A stretch of DNA of 55,699 bases from Octopus bimaculoides (taxonomy: Eukaryota): the NCBI RefSeq assembly GCF_001194135.2, contig NC_068985.1, positions 3,374,318 to 3,430,016 of the forward strand, in the 5' to 3' direction. The position numbers and the translations under genes are program-made. Shown piece after piece: positions 1 to 11,718 of the stretch. Each line of letters begins with the position of its first letter. The stretch's first letter is position 1. The notes beneath the pieces are model-generated. The model saw only the letters and a program-made list of their open reading frames with translations, was not told where the DNA came from and ran no database searches.

Positions 1-222
1 ACACCATTTCGAGCGTGGCCGTTTTCGTGCGGGTGACACGTAAAAGCACCCACTACACTCTCTGAGTGGTTGGCGTTAGGAAGGGCATCCAGCTGTAGAA
101 ACTCTGCCAAATTTAGATTGGAGCCTGGTGTTGCCATCCGGTTTCACCAGTCCTCAGTCAAATCGTCCAACCCATGCTAGCATGGAAAGCGGACGTTAAA
201 CGATGATGATGATGATGATGAT
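1..222 (+). mobile_element. SINE-like family B ending in (GAT)n
   Basis: GTAAAAGCACCCACTACACTC...GGAAAGCGGACGTTAAACGATGATG. Other copies at about 1535-1810(-), 18715-18850(-), 22600-22790(+), 33432-33610(-), 36645-36790(-), 38285-38620(-), 39610-39878(+), 41315-41555(+), 44580-44800(+). Confidence 0.85.
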
Positions 223-228
223 GAGGTG

Positions 229-645
229 CAGGAGTGGCTGTGTGGTAAGTAGCTTGCTTACCAACCACATGGTTCTGGGTTGTCCCACTGTGTGACACCT
301 TGGGCAAGTGTCTTCTATTATAGCCTTGGGCTGACCAAAGCCTTGTGAGTGGATATGGTAGACGGAAACTGAAAAAAGCCTGTCGTATATATATATGTGT
401 CTGTGTGTGTGTGTATGTGTGCATGTGTGTGTATATGTTTGTGTGTCTGTGTTTGTTCCCCCCACCAACATCACTTGACAACCGATGCTGGTGTGTTTAT
501 GTCCCCGTAACTTAGCGGTTTGGCAAAAGAGACCGATAGAATGAGTACTAGGCTTACAAAGAATAAGCTCTAGGGTCGATTTGCTCGACTAAAGGCGGTG
601 GTCCAGCATGGCCACAGTCAAATGATTGAAACAAGTAAAAGAATA
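229..645 (+). mobile_element. tRNA-derived SINE family A with internal (TG)n
   Basis: A-box-like GTGGCTGTGTGGT head, B-box-like GGTTC..GTCCC and tail GAAACAAGTAAAAG; many near-identical copies in the window. Confidence 0.88.
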
Positions 646-843
646 AAGCAATGTACTTTATTCACCAGCTAAATCAATCTCACCAGGCTGGAAAAGCCCA
701 CAAAACATCATTAGAACTGTCCCTTCTCTCTTGATTACCTTACAATACAAAACAATTCACAACATTTTCCCATCTAGCGTACTCTACCAGTGAAGCCATC
801 TTGCATTCATTGACCAGAATTAAAACAAAAGAACACAATTAAC

Positions 844-988
844 TTTAGTGTAATGTTCCAGAGCCACAGCAAAGTTCTTCTTTTGAAATGCCTTGTTGCC
901 ATTTTGTCGTGCTGCTACTGACTTTTTGTCAGATTTCAGGTGTAGTTTATCAGCATTCTCCAAATAGGCAGAGATCCAAGGAATATTT
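844..988 (-). CDS. SMYD4: SMYD4-like protein, coding exon 2 (start of TPR)
   Basis: Acceptor TTTTTAG|A and donor AAA|GTTAAT. Reads NIPWISAYLENADKLHLKSDKKSVAARQNGNKAFQKKNFAVALEHYTK; the KS..S...R..GN..F..K....A..Y.K pattern resembles the first TPR helix of SMYD4-type proteins. Confidence 0.75.
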
Positions 989-2844
989 CTAAAAAAATCC
1001 AAACAAAAAAAAAAANNNNNNNNNNNNNNNNNNNNNNNNNNNNNNNNNNNNNNNNNNNNNNNNNNNNNNNNNNNNNNNNNNNNNNNNNNNNNNAACACAA
1101 ACAACAGCAACAATAATAAAAAGGATGTATAAATGATTTATCAATAGATTCTTGTTGTTCAGCTGATCAAGGTATTGAACATAATGAATAGCTTGAATTT
1201 TGGATTGCCTGAAAGCAAATTCTTTAAGTTGAAGCAACAAGCGATGGAGAACTGATACTAAAACCATAAACTGAGTAAAGATGGCTTTAATTGCAGGTAA
1301 AAATGCAGTTTTAATAAAAATAATATGCATTGACGAATTCAGTATAGAATTTGGAAATTTGAAAAGAAGTACATTTTCTATCCAAGAGTGGGAGATTATT
1401 GGAATAACCAGTCTAAAAAGTGGTGTGCGTGTATGTGTGCATTTGCAAATACATGTGTATGTGTTGTGCGCTGTGAGTGTGCATGTATATATGTGTCTGA
1501 GGAACTATGTTTCTTCTGATAATGAAAGAGCATGTCATCATCGTTTAACGTCTGTTTTCCATGCTGGCATGGGTTGGACAGTTTGACTGAGGTCTGGAAA
1601 GCCAGCAGCTGCACCAGTCTCCATTCTGATCTGGCAATGTTTCTACAGTTGGATGCCCTTCCTAATGCTAACCACTCCGAGAGTGTAGTGGGTGCTTTTT
1701 ATGTGCCACTGGCACAGGAGCCAGTGAGGCAGGCCTGGCATCAATCAAGTTCAGTTGGTGCTTTTTACATGTCACTGGCATGGGGGCCAGTCAGGAGGTA
1801 CTGGCCACATATATTTAATATCTTTGAAGTTGAGAGAGATCTTATTTTTCATTAGCCAACTTGGTACTTTTAAAAGGTCACTGATTCCATTCCTTGTATT
1901 TGTTCTCTTCAGATTTTAAAATCTGCAGAAGAGAAAATCAATGATTCATTGGCATATCGAATAAAATTGAATAATTTTGAAGTCAGAGATATGTTGTTCA
2001 TGTAGATCATAAACAGGAGTGTCATGGAAGTCACCTTGTAGAACACCAAATAGAGATTGGTAAGATGATATTTTACAGTTGTATTCAGTAACTGGAATTT
2101 AATTAGTGAGGTAACTGTATAATGTAAAGGCATGTAGCCCAGTCGTTAGGGCGTTCGACTCAAGACTGCAAGAGTGTGAGTTTGATTCTCAGACTGGGAA
2201 GCATGCTTTGTTGTATATTTTGCAGCTTCCTTTGTTCTGAGTTCAAATCCCACCTGCCTGGAGAATGCAAACAGCAAACCTCTCCAGTCTTCATTTCAAG
2301 TCTAGTCATGGTAGCTGAAGTTCTGATAATCTACTTAATGGTAGCAAGGGAGAGTACAGCTCCCCCACCCCACTTGGTCATATAGAAAGAGCTATGGCAC
2401 AGACCTGCCCAAGGGTAGACTACTGCTAGACTAAATATAAAGCTATATATAAATACAGCACAGGTCACAGTCTCAAAGCGATGAAAATATTTTGGCAAAT
2501 TAAATTTAAATGTTGAATTTGAGTGTTTTTAAATGGCTTATAAACACCTTCCACGCTGCAATTGTTTTTGTTTCAGCACATGATCTCAGATCAGGTCACT
2601 TGCTATGCAAGTACATCTCTGTAATATCTATAAAACTAAACTGTAAAATATCTAAGGTCTCATTTCTAATTCTATAGTGATACAATTTAAAAAGTAGAAT
2701 ATTCTGATTGGTGTTTTCTTCTTATTTCAGAAAATGTGTCTATTCTGTTGACTTTCTATAGTTGTATAAATGTATGGCATTATTTCTGTGAAAATCCTAA
2801 GAAATAAAAAAACAAAATCAAAAAGTTAAAGAAGGTACAGACAT

Positions 2845-3150
2845 GACTGTGTGGTAAGAACTTTGTTTCCCAACCACAAGGTTTGGGGTTCTGTACCACT
2901 GCCTGGTACCTTGGGCAGGTGTCTGCTACTATAACTGCTGGATAACCAAAGCTTTTGTGAGTGGATTTGGTAGATGGAAACTGAAAGAAGCCCGATTAGT
3001 GTTGGTTTGTGTATGTTCCAATAACTTAGCTGTTCAGTGAAAAAGACCAATAGAATAAGTACTTTAAAAAAAAGTACTGAGTTTGATTCGTTTGAGTAAA
3101 AATTCTTCAAGGTGGTGCCCCAGCATGGCCATAGTCAAATGACTAAAATA
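2845..3150 (+). mobile_element. SINE family A, diverged
   Basis: Same head and tail as 229-645 with an internal deletion. Confidence 0.75.
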
Positions 3151-3864
3151 AAAAAAAAAAGGATAAAAAATGATATTTTTCATAAATCAAACAAATAGAG
3201 AAAGGGGAAGAGAGTTTTTTGAAAATACAAATAAGTTAAGCAATTTATAAGTTTGTCAAGGTTGCCTAATTAATAAACAAAAGGTATCAGTTAAAAGACT
3301 TTTCAAAGTCAGGATGAGATGCTTCCATAACCAAAACTCTGCTTTGGTTTCAAAACAGAAATAATTTCTGAAGTTCTCTCAACAGAATTATAAGCTTAAA
3401 AGTTTCATAGCCTCAGGTTGAAAGTACTCTGAGGTCTTCGAATATTTTATTTAAAATAGTGTACTCTGGATCATATTGGCCAATTTGTCCTTGTACTTTA
3501 TGACATATAAGTCTTTCTACTTTTTCCACCAATAAATCTAATTGCCTTTTGGATAAACCCATTTTTATATACATCAATAATAACTTTCTCACTGGTAATG
3601 CGGTCCCTGTATATTGCACAAATGTAATTCTTTTTTCCTAAATAAATTGCACTTCATCTTCGAGGCTCCGATGAAGCTACAGTGTGTTATTCAGGCACTC
3701 AACTACGAGTCTACTGCATCTTATAGAAGAAACCACTGTAAGCTAATGAAGTCCATAACATAACCATTGTTTTTCCTGTGTCATCTCCTTTTCTTATTCA
3801 TCTCTCTACTCAGCTAACATTTTCTTCTGAAATACGTGTATATTGAGTTCTACACTAGGTTATT

Positions 3865-4160
3865 AGCTTGGCAGTGATTAGGGTGTTGCACTCACAATCG
3901 CAAGATCGTGATTTCAATTCCAAGATCGGGTGGTGCATTGTGTTCTTGAGCAAAACACTTCATCTCATTTTGCTTTACGATCACTTCGACACCTGATGTG
4001 TGTTACACTGTGCACCGGTTCAGGTAACGTCGATTTGACGGAGCGAGAGTGAGCTAATGAACAGCACGTGCTAATTGATCATTATAAACAAATTATTGGA
4101 GCAGGTTGTTCGGCAAAAGTTGAACGCTCATACGTCGTCTTCGACGGCTGAGTTCAAATC
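3865..4160 (+). mobile_element. tRNA-headed SINE (family E)
   Basis: GGCAGTGATTAGGGTGTTGCACTCACAATCGCAAGATCGTGATTTCAATTCC head; related heads at about 2135-2460 and about 15270-15375(-). Confidence 0.6.
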
Positions 4161-4255
4161 CTTTAATATATATATATATATATATATACACATCCACACA
4201 CAAAACATTATTTCGATGTAAACCAGGTGATATTTTTGTCAAAAGAAGCTTCCAC

Positions 4256-4301
<46 letters not shown>

Positions 4302-4441
4302 ATAAAACCCTCGCAAATATATAAACAATGTATTGTGAGAAATGAAATCCTCAAATAAATATTATCATCTGCAAAGTAAAATGCTGTTACATTGAAAGTT
4401 CGTAAATGGTAAATGACATCAGTATGAAAGAAATAACGTAC

Positions 4442-4584
4442 AAAATAATATTTTTGTTTAGAATAAACTCAATCCTATTCTGATTAGTGGTGAGTGTTCG
4501 GAAATATTCTAAAGAACCATCTTTGTCGAATTCTTCAATGATATTATCCAAAGCAATTTGCCAATTGCCGATTTTGGACGCCAT
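4442..4584 (-). CDS. SMYD4: SMYD4-like TPR/SET-MYND protein, coding exon 1
   Basis: ATG in ACAATGGCG context. Reads MASKIGNWQIALDNIIEEFDKDGSLEYFRTLTTNQNRIEFILNKNII(L) and ends at donor TT|GTACGT in phase 2, which matches the phase of the 988-844 exon. Family call rests on N-terminal motif resemblance only; SET/MYND exons would lie beyond the left edge. Confidence 0.7.
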
Positions 4585-4639
4585 TGTACCGGTGTAAACC
4601 CAAGTGGATTCCTTATTAATATTAATGCTACGATTAAGG

Positions 4640-5140
4640 TGGCTAGCTGGCGGAATCGTTAGCACGCCGGGCAAAATACTTAGCGGTATTTCATCCGTCT
4701 TTATGTTCTGAGTTCAACTGCCGCCGTGGTCGGCTTTACCTTTCATCGGCATAACCTCTCAAAGTCTGGGGGGTAAAACCCTGTAGTTATGCCCCTTTTC
4801 ATCTTTTCGGGAAAGGGCAGTGAGCTGGTAGAATCGTTAGCACACCGGGAAAAATGCTTAGCGGCATTTCGTCCGTCTTCGGGTTTTGAGTTCAAATTAC
4901 GCCGAAGTCGATTTTCCTTTCATCGTTTTGTGGTCGATAAAATAGGTAACAGTTGAGCAATGGGGCCGAAGTAATCGACATATCCTCTCCTGAAATTGTT
5001 GCACTCGTGCAAAATGCTTAGTAACATTTTTTCTGGTTTTACGTTCTTAGTTCAAATTCCACCGAAGTCTGTGTGTCTTTCATCCTTCCATGGTCGATGA
5101 AATAAAGTACCAAGCCAATATTGAGGTCTATGACTTCTCC
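4640..5140 (+). mobile_element. Cluster of three SINE family D copies immediately upstream of the SMYD4-like ATG
   Basis: GCTGGCGGAATCGTTAGCACGCCGGGCAAAAT.CTTAGCGG...GTTCTGAGTTCAA motif repeated. Also at about 14196-14358, 16110-16315(-), 22950-23150, 34270-34415, 50060-50270, 50398-50500. Confidence 0.8.
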
Positions 5141-5777
5141 CTAAACTTTCAATCGAAAGCCTTCGTTTGGCGACACACCGTCTGTGCTGCCGGTCATTGT
5201 TTGACATACGTGCATGGGATGGTGTCCCTCTACTTCATGCGTGATAGGGGTGCTGCCGCTTATAGTGTCTAACATGCCACTCCTTCTCAACCTCAGCCTA
5301 ACTGAGGTACTACTTTAGTGTGCGGTCTGCCGTAGTATCCGTAGTCTACTCTGTGAAATGATCTTGCAGGAGCTCGTTTGACCCTGCCGACCTGAGATTC
5401 AAAACTGAATTCACACACTTGCTTGTCAGACAAGTGTGTGGTCTTTTGTGATTTCATCTCCACACCTCCTAGGACCTTTGCTGGTCACGGAAGGGTCAGT
5501 CCTTTGTTGAAGGTTTGACCTACTTCCTGGTCACACACTATATGATGGATGGAGAGTATTTCTCTCTCACTTGTCCTCTTCGGTTTTCATTCGGTTAGCC
5601 GAGGAGCATCTTTCGCTAGCGCAGAAAGGCAAAACGCAATTTTTACCCCTTCTTTCTCTCTGCCAGCACAAAGCAATCTTTACCTTTTCTTTCTCGGTCA
5701 GCAGAACGCACCACTACCAATTACCAGCCAGCGAGCCATCAACATGTCGATTATTTACAATCACTACTATGTGTTGT

Positions 5778-6162
5778 GGCACTCCGTCGGTTACGACGAC
5801 GAGGGTTCCAGTTGATCCGATCAATGGAATAGCCTGCTCGTGAAATTAACGTGCAAATGGCTGAGCACTCCACAGACACGTGAATCCTTAACGTAGTTCT
5901 CAGGGAGATTCAGCGTGACACAGAATGTGACAAGGCTGGCCCCTTTGAAATACAGGTACAACAGAAACAGGAAGAAAGAGTGAGAGAAAGTTGTAATGAA
6001 AGAGTATAGCAGGGTTCGCCAACACAACCTGCCGGAGCCTCGTGGGGCTTTAGGTGTTTTCGCTCAGCAAACACTCACAGCGTCCGGTCTGTCTGGGAAT
6101 CGGAACCCCGATCCTATGACCGCCAGTCCAGTGACCTAACCACTGGACCATTGCGCCTCCAC
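5778..6162 (-). mobile_element. tRNA-derived SINE family C
   Basis: Head GGAGGCGCAATGG.CCAGTGGTTAGG...GGTTCCGATTCCC; near-identical to the 16354, 26498 and 42607 copies. Confidence 0.88.
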
Positions 6163-6377
6163 ACTACTATATATATATATTTATAACTAACAACTGCAGG
6201 CAAATGAATTGGCGAATATTATTCTTTATTCCTTGATGTTATTCTTCACTTCATCTGCGCGTTACAATGGCGTTGTTTTTCACATCAACAGTCGCTACAT
6301 CGTTACGCTACAACTGTAGTGGTTGCATTTTTCTCCACAATTGGTGCCTCCGACTTGAAAACCTTAGATCTTCACAC

Positions 6378-6500
6378 TAGGGTTAGGGTTTAGGGTTCGA
6401 GTTTAAGATTTAAGATTAGAGTTAGGGTCTAGGATTATGTTTGAGGTTTAGGGTTTAGGGTAAATATTAAGGTTAGGGTTGGAATTAGATTAGAGTTAGA
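6378..6500 (+). repeat. Degenerate TTAGGG/TTTAGGG interstitial telomere-like array
   Basis: TAGGGTTAGGGTTTAGGG...GTTAGGG...TTTAGGGTTTAGGG...GTTAGGG. Confidence 0.7.
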
Positions 6501-7404
6501 CTGCATGCTAAAGAATAAATAGTCAGGTAGACCACACGCTGAAGTGGACCCTTAAGGACCTTAGTGTAATTCTAGCTCCCCAAATCCATTTCCATCCCTG
6601 AAGATAAGTAAATTGAAACAATTTAATTCTACAACCGCTTGAATTATTCCACAAAGCGACTTAGCCGTGTCCTGATGAGTTTAAAGGGCATTACTTTCAA
6701 CTAATGCGAACAGTGATAAAACTACAAAACCCGAATACTGAACAGTGACCAGAAACAAGGTTTAGACTTTAGACACAAAAATGATAACGCATGAAGTATT
6801 CGTAAACATAAAAGTTCAGTTAGAGTTAACACGTTCATGACTGCACACTTTAAATAGGTTAAAACTAACTTATCGTTTTTCATACAGAGTGTGTGAAGGA
6901 ATGATTTTATCTTTCATTCACCCAGAAAAATAATGGTCAGGTAGTAAAGCAATTAGTAATGTGAGAGTAGGAGCGTATCTCGTTTGTAATGAAATGCGAA
7001 TAAAACAGACTATTGGTTGGACTAACAAAGTAGATTGCCGTTTTATTAAGCATAACATAACGATAAAACCTTGATAAGTTTTAATGAATTTCATTAAATT
7101 ATTTCCTGTTGTCTTTTTAGAAGCAGGAATTTCTAAAAGGGGTGGATTCCCAGTCCCCTCGCTCCTACCCCTTTTAGTCGCTTCTTACAACACGCAGGGA
7201 ATACGGCGACTGTATTCTACCTGTCCCACACACCCAGCCGCAGGGGTGGGGTGCTAGTTAACCTATAGCTGGGGCCCTTACAGGTGCTACCACTCCGGGT
7301 CAGAGTAGATCTGGGAACAATAGTGGCTAAGAGGTGATTCCACGTTCCTCAGACCCCGAAAACAGGGCTCCAGGAACCCCCTACCGGATGTAGTTTAGAG
7401 TCAT

Positions 7405-8050
7405 ACCCAGGTGATGAGATGTTCGAGAGATGGAATGGCTGGCAAGATGAATGTGAGTGTAAACGGTGAGGTGTTAGAAAAGGTGAGTGTTTTTAAGTAT
7501 CTGAGATCACATGTGACGACGGATGGGGGGAGGGGTTGGCTGAGGAAGTGGGCTATAGAGGGAGGGAAGGGAGTAAGATACTTGGAGTTGTGAAAGGTGT
7601 GCTGAGAGATAAGAGGTTGAGTATGTAAGCGAAAAGAGGTGTGTATGAGAGCGTGATTGTGCTGACAATGTCATATGGCGCAGAGACGTGGGTCTGAGAG
7701 AGACGGAAAGGAGGCGACTAAATGTGTTTGAGGGCTATGGTTGGTGTGACACGGGTGGAAAGGATGAGGAATGAGGAAGTGCGAAGGCGAGCAGGAATGA
7801 GAGAAAAACTAACAACCAAAATGGATAGACGAATGTTGAGGTGGTTTGGCCACATGGAGAGGATGAATGAGGAGCAGAGGATGATGAAGGCAGAAGTGGT
7901 AGGCAGCAGAATCAGAGGCAGACCTCGGTTTGTGTGGATGGAATGAAGAAAGATTTGGTGGTTAGAGGTGTTGGAGTGAGAGAGGCAAGAGAGTTTATTA
8001 ATGATAGGAAAGCTTGGAGAGTGCTTGCGGACGGATGCTCAAAGGGGTAC
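7405..8050 (+). mobile_element. RTE-clade LINE 3' relic
   Basis: EVLEKVSVFKYL and RMRNEEVRRR...LRWFGHMERM...RGRPRFVW, typical of the region after RT in RTE elements. Confidence 0.85.
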
Positions 8051-8844
8051 GGAACCAGCATGATGCAGTGGAGGTAAACCAGCATATGCTGTCGGGCCCC
8101 GCTGTGATATCAGGGGTTGCGTTTTATGCCTTAAGCCGAGCATAGGATGGGGCTGGCCTGTTTGAGCTGGGAAATGAATGGTATGCGTTTTGTTGTGGCT
8201 ACCCACCCACTCATAAAAAAAATGGGGAATAGGCCTGGGTATATATAAAAATGTATAATTAAATTATCTATTTCTTCTGAGAAAAACAAAACAATTTACT
8301 TGATGGAAATAGCGTAAAACTGTTCTCGAGTATTTTAGTAGATTTTGCTTTTAGTACATTAGTACTTTTCTTATTCTTAGGTCCAGGTCGGCTCTGAACG
8401 AGCAGATTTGAGATCAAAGGCGTTGCAAGAGCCATCTTATATTTTCTTCAAACAACAATATAATTCAGTCTAAAAACAAAACAAAACAAAAGGTACGGGT
8501 GTGATTTGAGTGAGATTTGACAACCAATTTTAGCACCTCAAGAGACTATCTTTGGTTTGAAAGTATTTTAATAATCAAATAATGTAATGATTTTAACATC
8601 TTTTCGGTTGGAGGCTCCTAGAAATAATCGTCACAAACTTTTGTGCTTGTTGGGTGGTTAGCAAACCCAGATTTAGTCTTTAGAGCGATTGCATTAAAAA
8701 TTATGGCAGCCTCACATTTTGTCGGAGCAAGATGAAAACTTTGGTTCAAAAGTTTTGAGGAATGGACGGACGTCTTGGGACTCAAGTAAAAAAAAATCTA
8801 AATGAAAAGCAAAGAAACAAGAAAAACATACTTCATCTGGAGAC

Positions 8845-9010
8845 CATGGCCAGCCCTAGGGTTGCCGGCGCCACAGGCAAGCTGAACTTTGGCATGTACA
8901 AGCTGACGGTCGTAGAAATTTCCTTGTCTTTATCTCGTTTACCTTGGCGCCCCCTAGCAAATGGCGCCCCGGGCGACTGCCCGAGTTGCCGGTACCGTGA
9001 GCTGGCCCTG
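8845..9010. mobile_element. hAT-type MITE, 166 bp
   Basis: Ends CATGGCCAGC / GCTGGCCCTG (TIR); 8-bp TSD CTGGAGAC / CTCGAGAC (7 of 8 match). Confidence 0.8.
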
Positions 9011-9160
9011 CTCGAGACGTGTCAATGGTCACGTTTGCAAAGGTTTTACTTCAAATGGAGGCAATGGTCACCAACTGAAATTGATCTAGCATCTCAAAGA
9101 ATTATAGAAACCGTGTGTGGTTTTGTGAACGGGCGATCCAACTTCTCAAAACCAACAATG

Positions 9161-10366
9161 TGTAGTGAAACTACCTATCGTCACTAGATACAAAACTACT
9201 ATCGCCATTACATACAATCTTCTCATTTAAATATAAATAAATGCGAGCGTAGTAGAGAACCCATTCCTTGTCATCACGTGACTGATTATTATTCGAATCG
9301 GCAACTTCTTCGAACCTTTCCCGCCAGAACGCAAACTGACCAATCACGGCCCCTAATAAGGTCACGTGATAGAGTAAAATTCTGAAGTCATTTGGAGCCC
9401 TCTTAACGCTATATATAGATCAACTCATACCCCACAAATTCGTCTCGGTCCAGTTTCTCTTTGAGAACTGTTCCGTGTACCACACNNNNNNNNNNNNNNN
9501 NNNNNNNNNNNNNNNNNNNNNNNNNNNNNNNNNNNNNNNNNNNNNNNNNNNNNNNNNNNNNNNNNNNNNNNNNNNNNNNNNNNNNNNNNNNNNNNNNNNN
9601 NNNNNNNNNNNNNNNNNNNNNNNNNNNNNNNNNNNNNNNNNNNNNNNNNNNNNNNNNNNNNNNNNNNNNNNNNNNNNNNNNNNNNNNNNNNNNNNNNNNN
9701 NNNNNNNNNNNNNNNNNNNNNNNNNNNNNNNNNNNNNNNNNNNNNNNNNNNNNNNNNNNNNNNNNNNNNNNNNNNNNNNNNNNNNNNNNNNNNNNNNNNN
9801 NNNNNNNNNNNNNNNNNNNNNNNNNNNNNNNNNNNNNNNNNNNNNNNNNNNNNNNNNNNNNNNNNNNNNNNNNNNNNNNNNNNNNNNNNNNNNNNNNNNN
9901 NNNNNNNNNNNNNNNNNNNNNNNNNNNNNNNNNNNNNNNNNNNNNNNNNNNNNNNNNNNNNNNNNNNNNNNNNNNNNNNNNNNNNNNNNNNNNNNNNNNN
10001 TAATTGCTCACGTGTTATTGACTCTTTCTATTTGCTGTAAACACTCATACACACATGTATCACTCACATACACACTTTTCTTTGCATGACGGCCTGTCTT
10101 TGATTATGTTCTTATATGTCGCATTCACACTCTCACACAGACATACATCTTTAACGCTACAATAAATATATCTGTTATTCATCTAATACGGTTGTGGTCT
10201 TTCATTACTGGTCATCTATGTTATCGTCGTATAACATATCATGTATATCATTATTGATATATATTATTTTGTGTTCGACCGTGTGACGCGTTTAAATAAA
10301 AGGAGTCCTCTGTTTTTCCATTCGTCACCATTTCTCCTTTTTGAGTTCGCACGGTCGTCCCTTACA
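9161..10366 (+). mobile_element. Solo LTR (Gypsy-like) with 4-bp TSD
   Basis: Starts TGTAGTG and ends CTTACA; flanked by AATG at 9157-9160 and 10367-10370. Contains CCAAT, TATA and AATAAA; the interior is an N gap (9486-10000). A second copy starts at 55325. Confidence 0.9.
9274..9417 (+). promoter_or_regulatory. LTR U3 promoter motifs
   Basis: TCACGTGA at 9274-9281, CCAAT at 9340-9344, GTCACGTGAT at 9361-9370, TATATATA at 9410-9417. All are conserved in the 55325 copy. Confidence 0.6.
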
Positions 10367-10429
10367 AATGTACAAGATGTGAATTTTACCATCGTTCAAC
10401 AGGTACCAGTTCAAACCAGATGATTCAAG

Positions 10430-11398
10430 CTAGCTTATACTGTAGTCGATGTGAACGATGCCGCGGACTTTCCAGCATAGCTTCTCAATTTGCTTTGTTG
10501 ACCTCTTACCAACCTCAAATAATCTTAAAATCTTAAGCAAAGAAGAAAACCCATCCTGTGCGCAGTGTAGAGCAACTCTTTCTACACAGAATCACATTTT
10601 CCAACTGATGACGTAGAGTAGAAGAGAAAAGTTGTACAGGGAGAAAGCAATCCTTACGGAAATTGCCAAGTGGAGGGACCTGCGGTAGTTGAGACCAACA
10701 AACAGCCAAATTCAAAATAGCAAAAAGACAAAATTAAATACAGGAAGGAACACGAAAGCCCTCAATTAATTATTGAGAATAGTGGGTAAGACAACATAAT
10801 TAGTTATAAGGTAAACCAAACTCGATATCGATACCAATCACAATTTTCTTCAAAATGACTGATTTATTTGTTTAAGAAAAAATAACGTCGTACCAAGAAA
10901 TTATATTTCCGTCAGTGTTTGATCAAAGGTCTGTTCGATAAAGTTCAAAGGTATTTGATTCTTAATGGATGATGATAAAGCTCTTGAGACAAAAATAGCA
11001 GTTCTATCAAGCCTCTGACAGGGTGCTGCAATTGGATCTGGTGGGTACACTGCTCTGACCTGGCATAGCACTTCTTTAATGTAAGGGCACAAAAATAGTT
11101 ACTTGTGGTTGAACTTGCAGTGCACTGGGAAGGCAGGCTCGATATTTCTTACCAACTGAAGAAAGCTAAGTTCAAGGGCTTAATTAAGGATCTTGTCAAA
11201 GGATGGCATGCAGACTCATTTTCCATTGAAGTCATCTGCTGCGGTTTCCCAGCAAAATCATTGCACTATTTTATGCAGAAGTTATGTTTAAACTCCAAAC
11301 AACTGAAAAAATCCACTGAGGAAGATAGGTATGCTAGTCGAGGCAAGCTCAAGGTAGTTGCGTTTTACAAGAGAGGACAGATAGAACCCTTCCGGTAG
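10430..11398 (+). mobile_element. Degenerate RLE-type non-LTR retrotransposon C-terminus (HERO-like)
   Basis: DLLPTSNNL...EENPSCAQC...HIF (CCHC knuckle region), then VELAVHWE...KKAKF..L...GW.....IEVICCGF (restriction-like endonuclease motif). Contains stops and frameshifts. Confidence 0.75.
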
Positions 11399-11677
11399 GT
11401 GAAGGGTCAGTCTCCACATGCAGACTAAGGGGTAAAAAGCTTGTGAGATAGAGAGAGGGTTACTAACAAAGAGACAACATTGGGAGAGGCGCTTGCAACG
11501 TCTTTCAGTTGCTCCGCAGGTTCTGCACGGAGCAAAACATCTCTGATGTGTAGTTCACTTACAAAAAAAAATCCCCAACTCGAATGGAATTACATAACAG
11601 AAAAGAAGGCGAGCTTCGAAGAACATCATAACAAAACCGTGATGCCGCCACCTACTACTACTCTGTCTGTGTGTCCG

Positions 11678-11718
<41 letters not shown>

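Noticed and set aside
229-645. tRNA genes or CRISPR-like repeat arrays
   Set aside because: The tRNA-like heads lack a full cloverleaf and continue into SINE bodies; the tandem units have no unique spacers and the context is eukaryotic.
8762-9187. 141-aa plus-strand ORF
   Set aside because: It is a chimera spanning a hAT MITE, flanking DNA and the start of the LTR.
9409-10089. Long ORFs of 180-351 aa here and at 27451-28506 and 31612-32495
   Set aside because: They are open only because they run through N gaps; 27451 begins in a real Dong LINE fragment.
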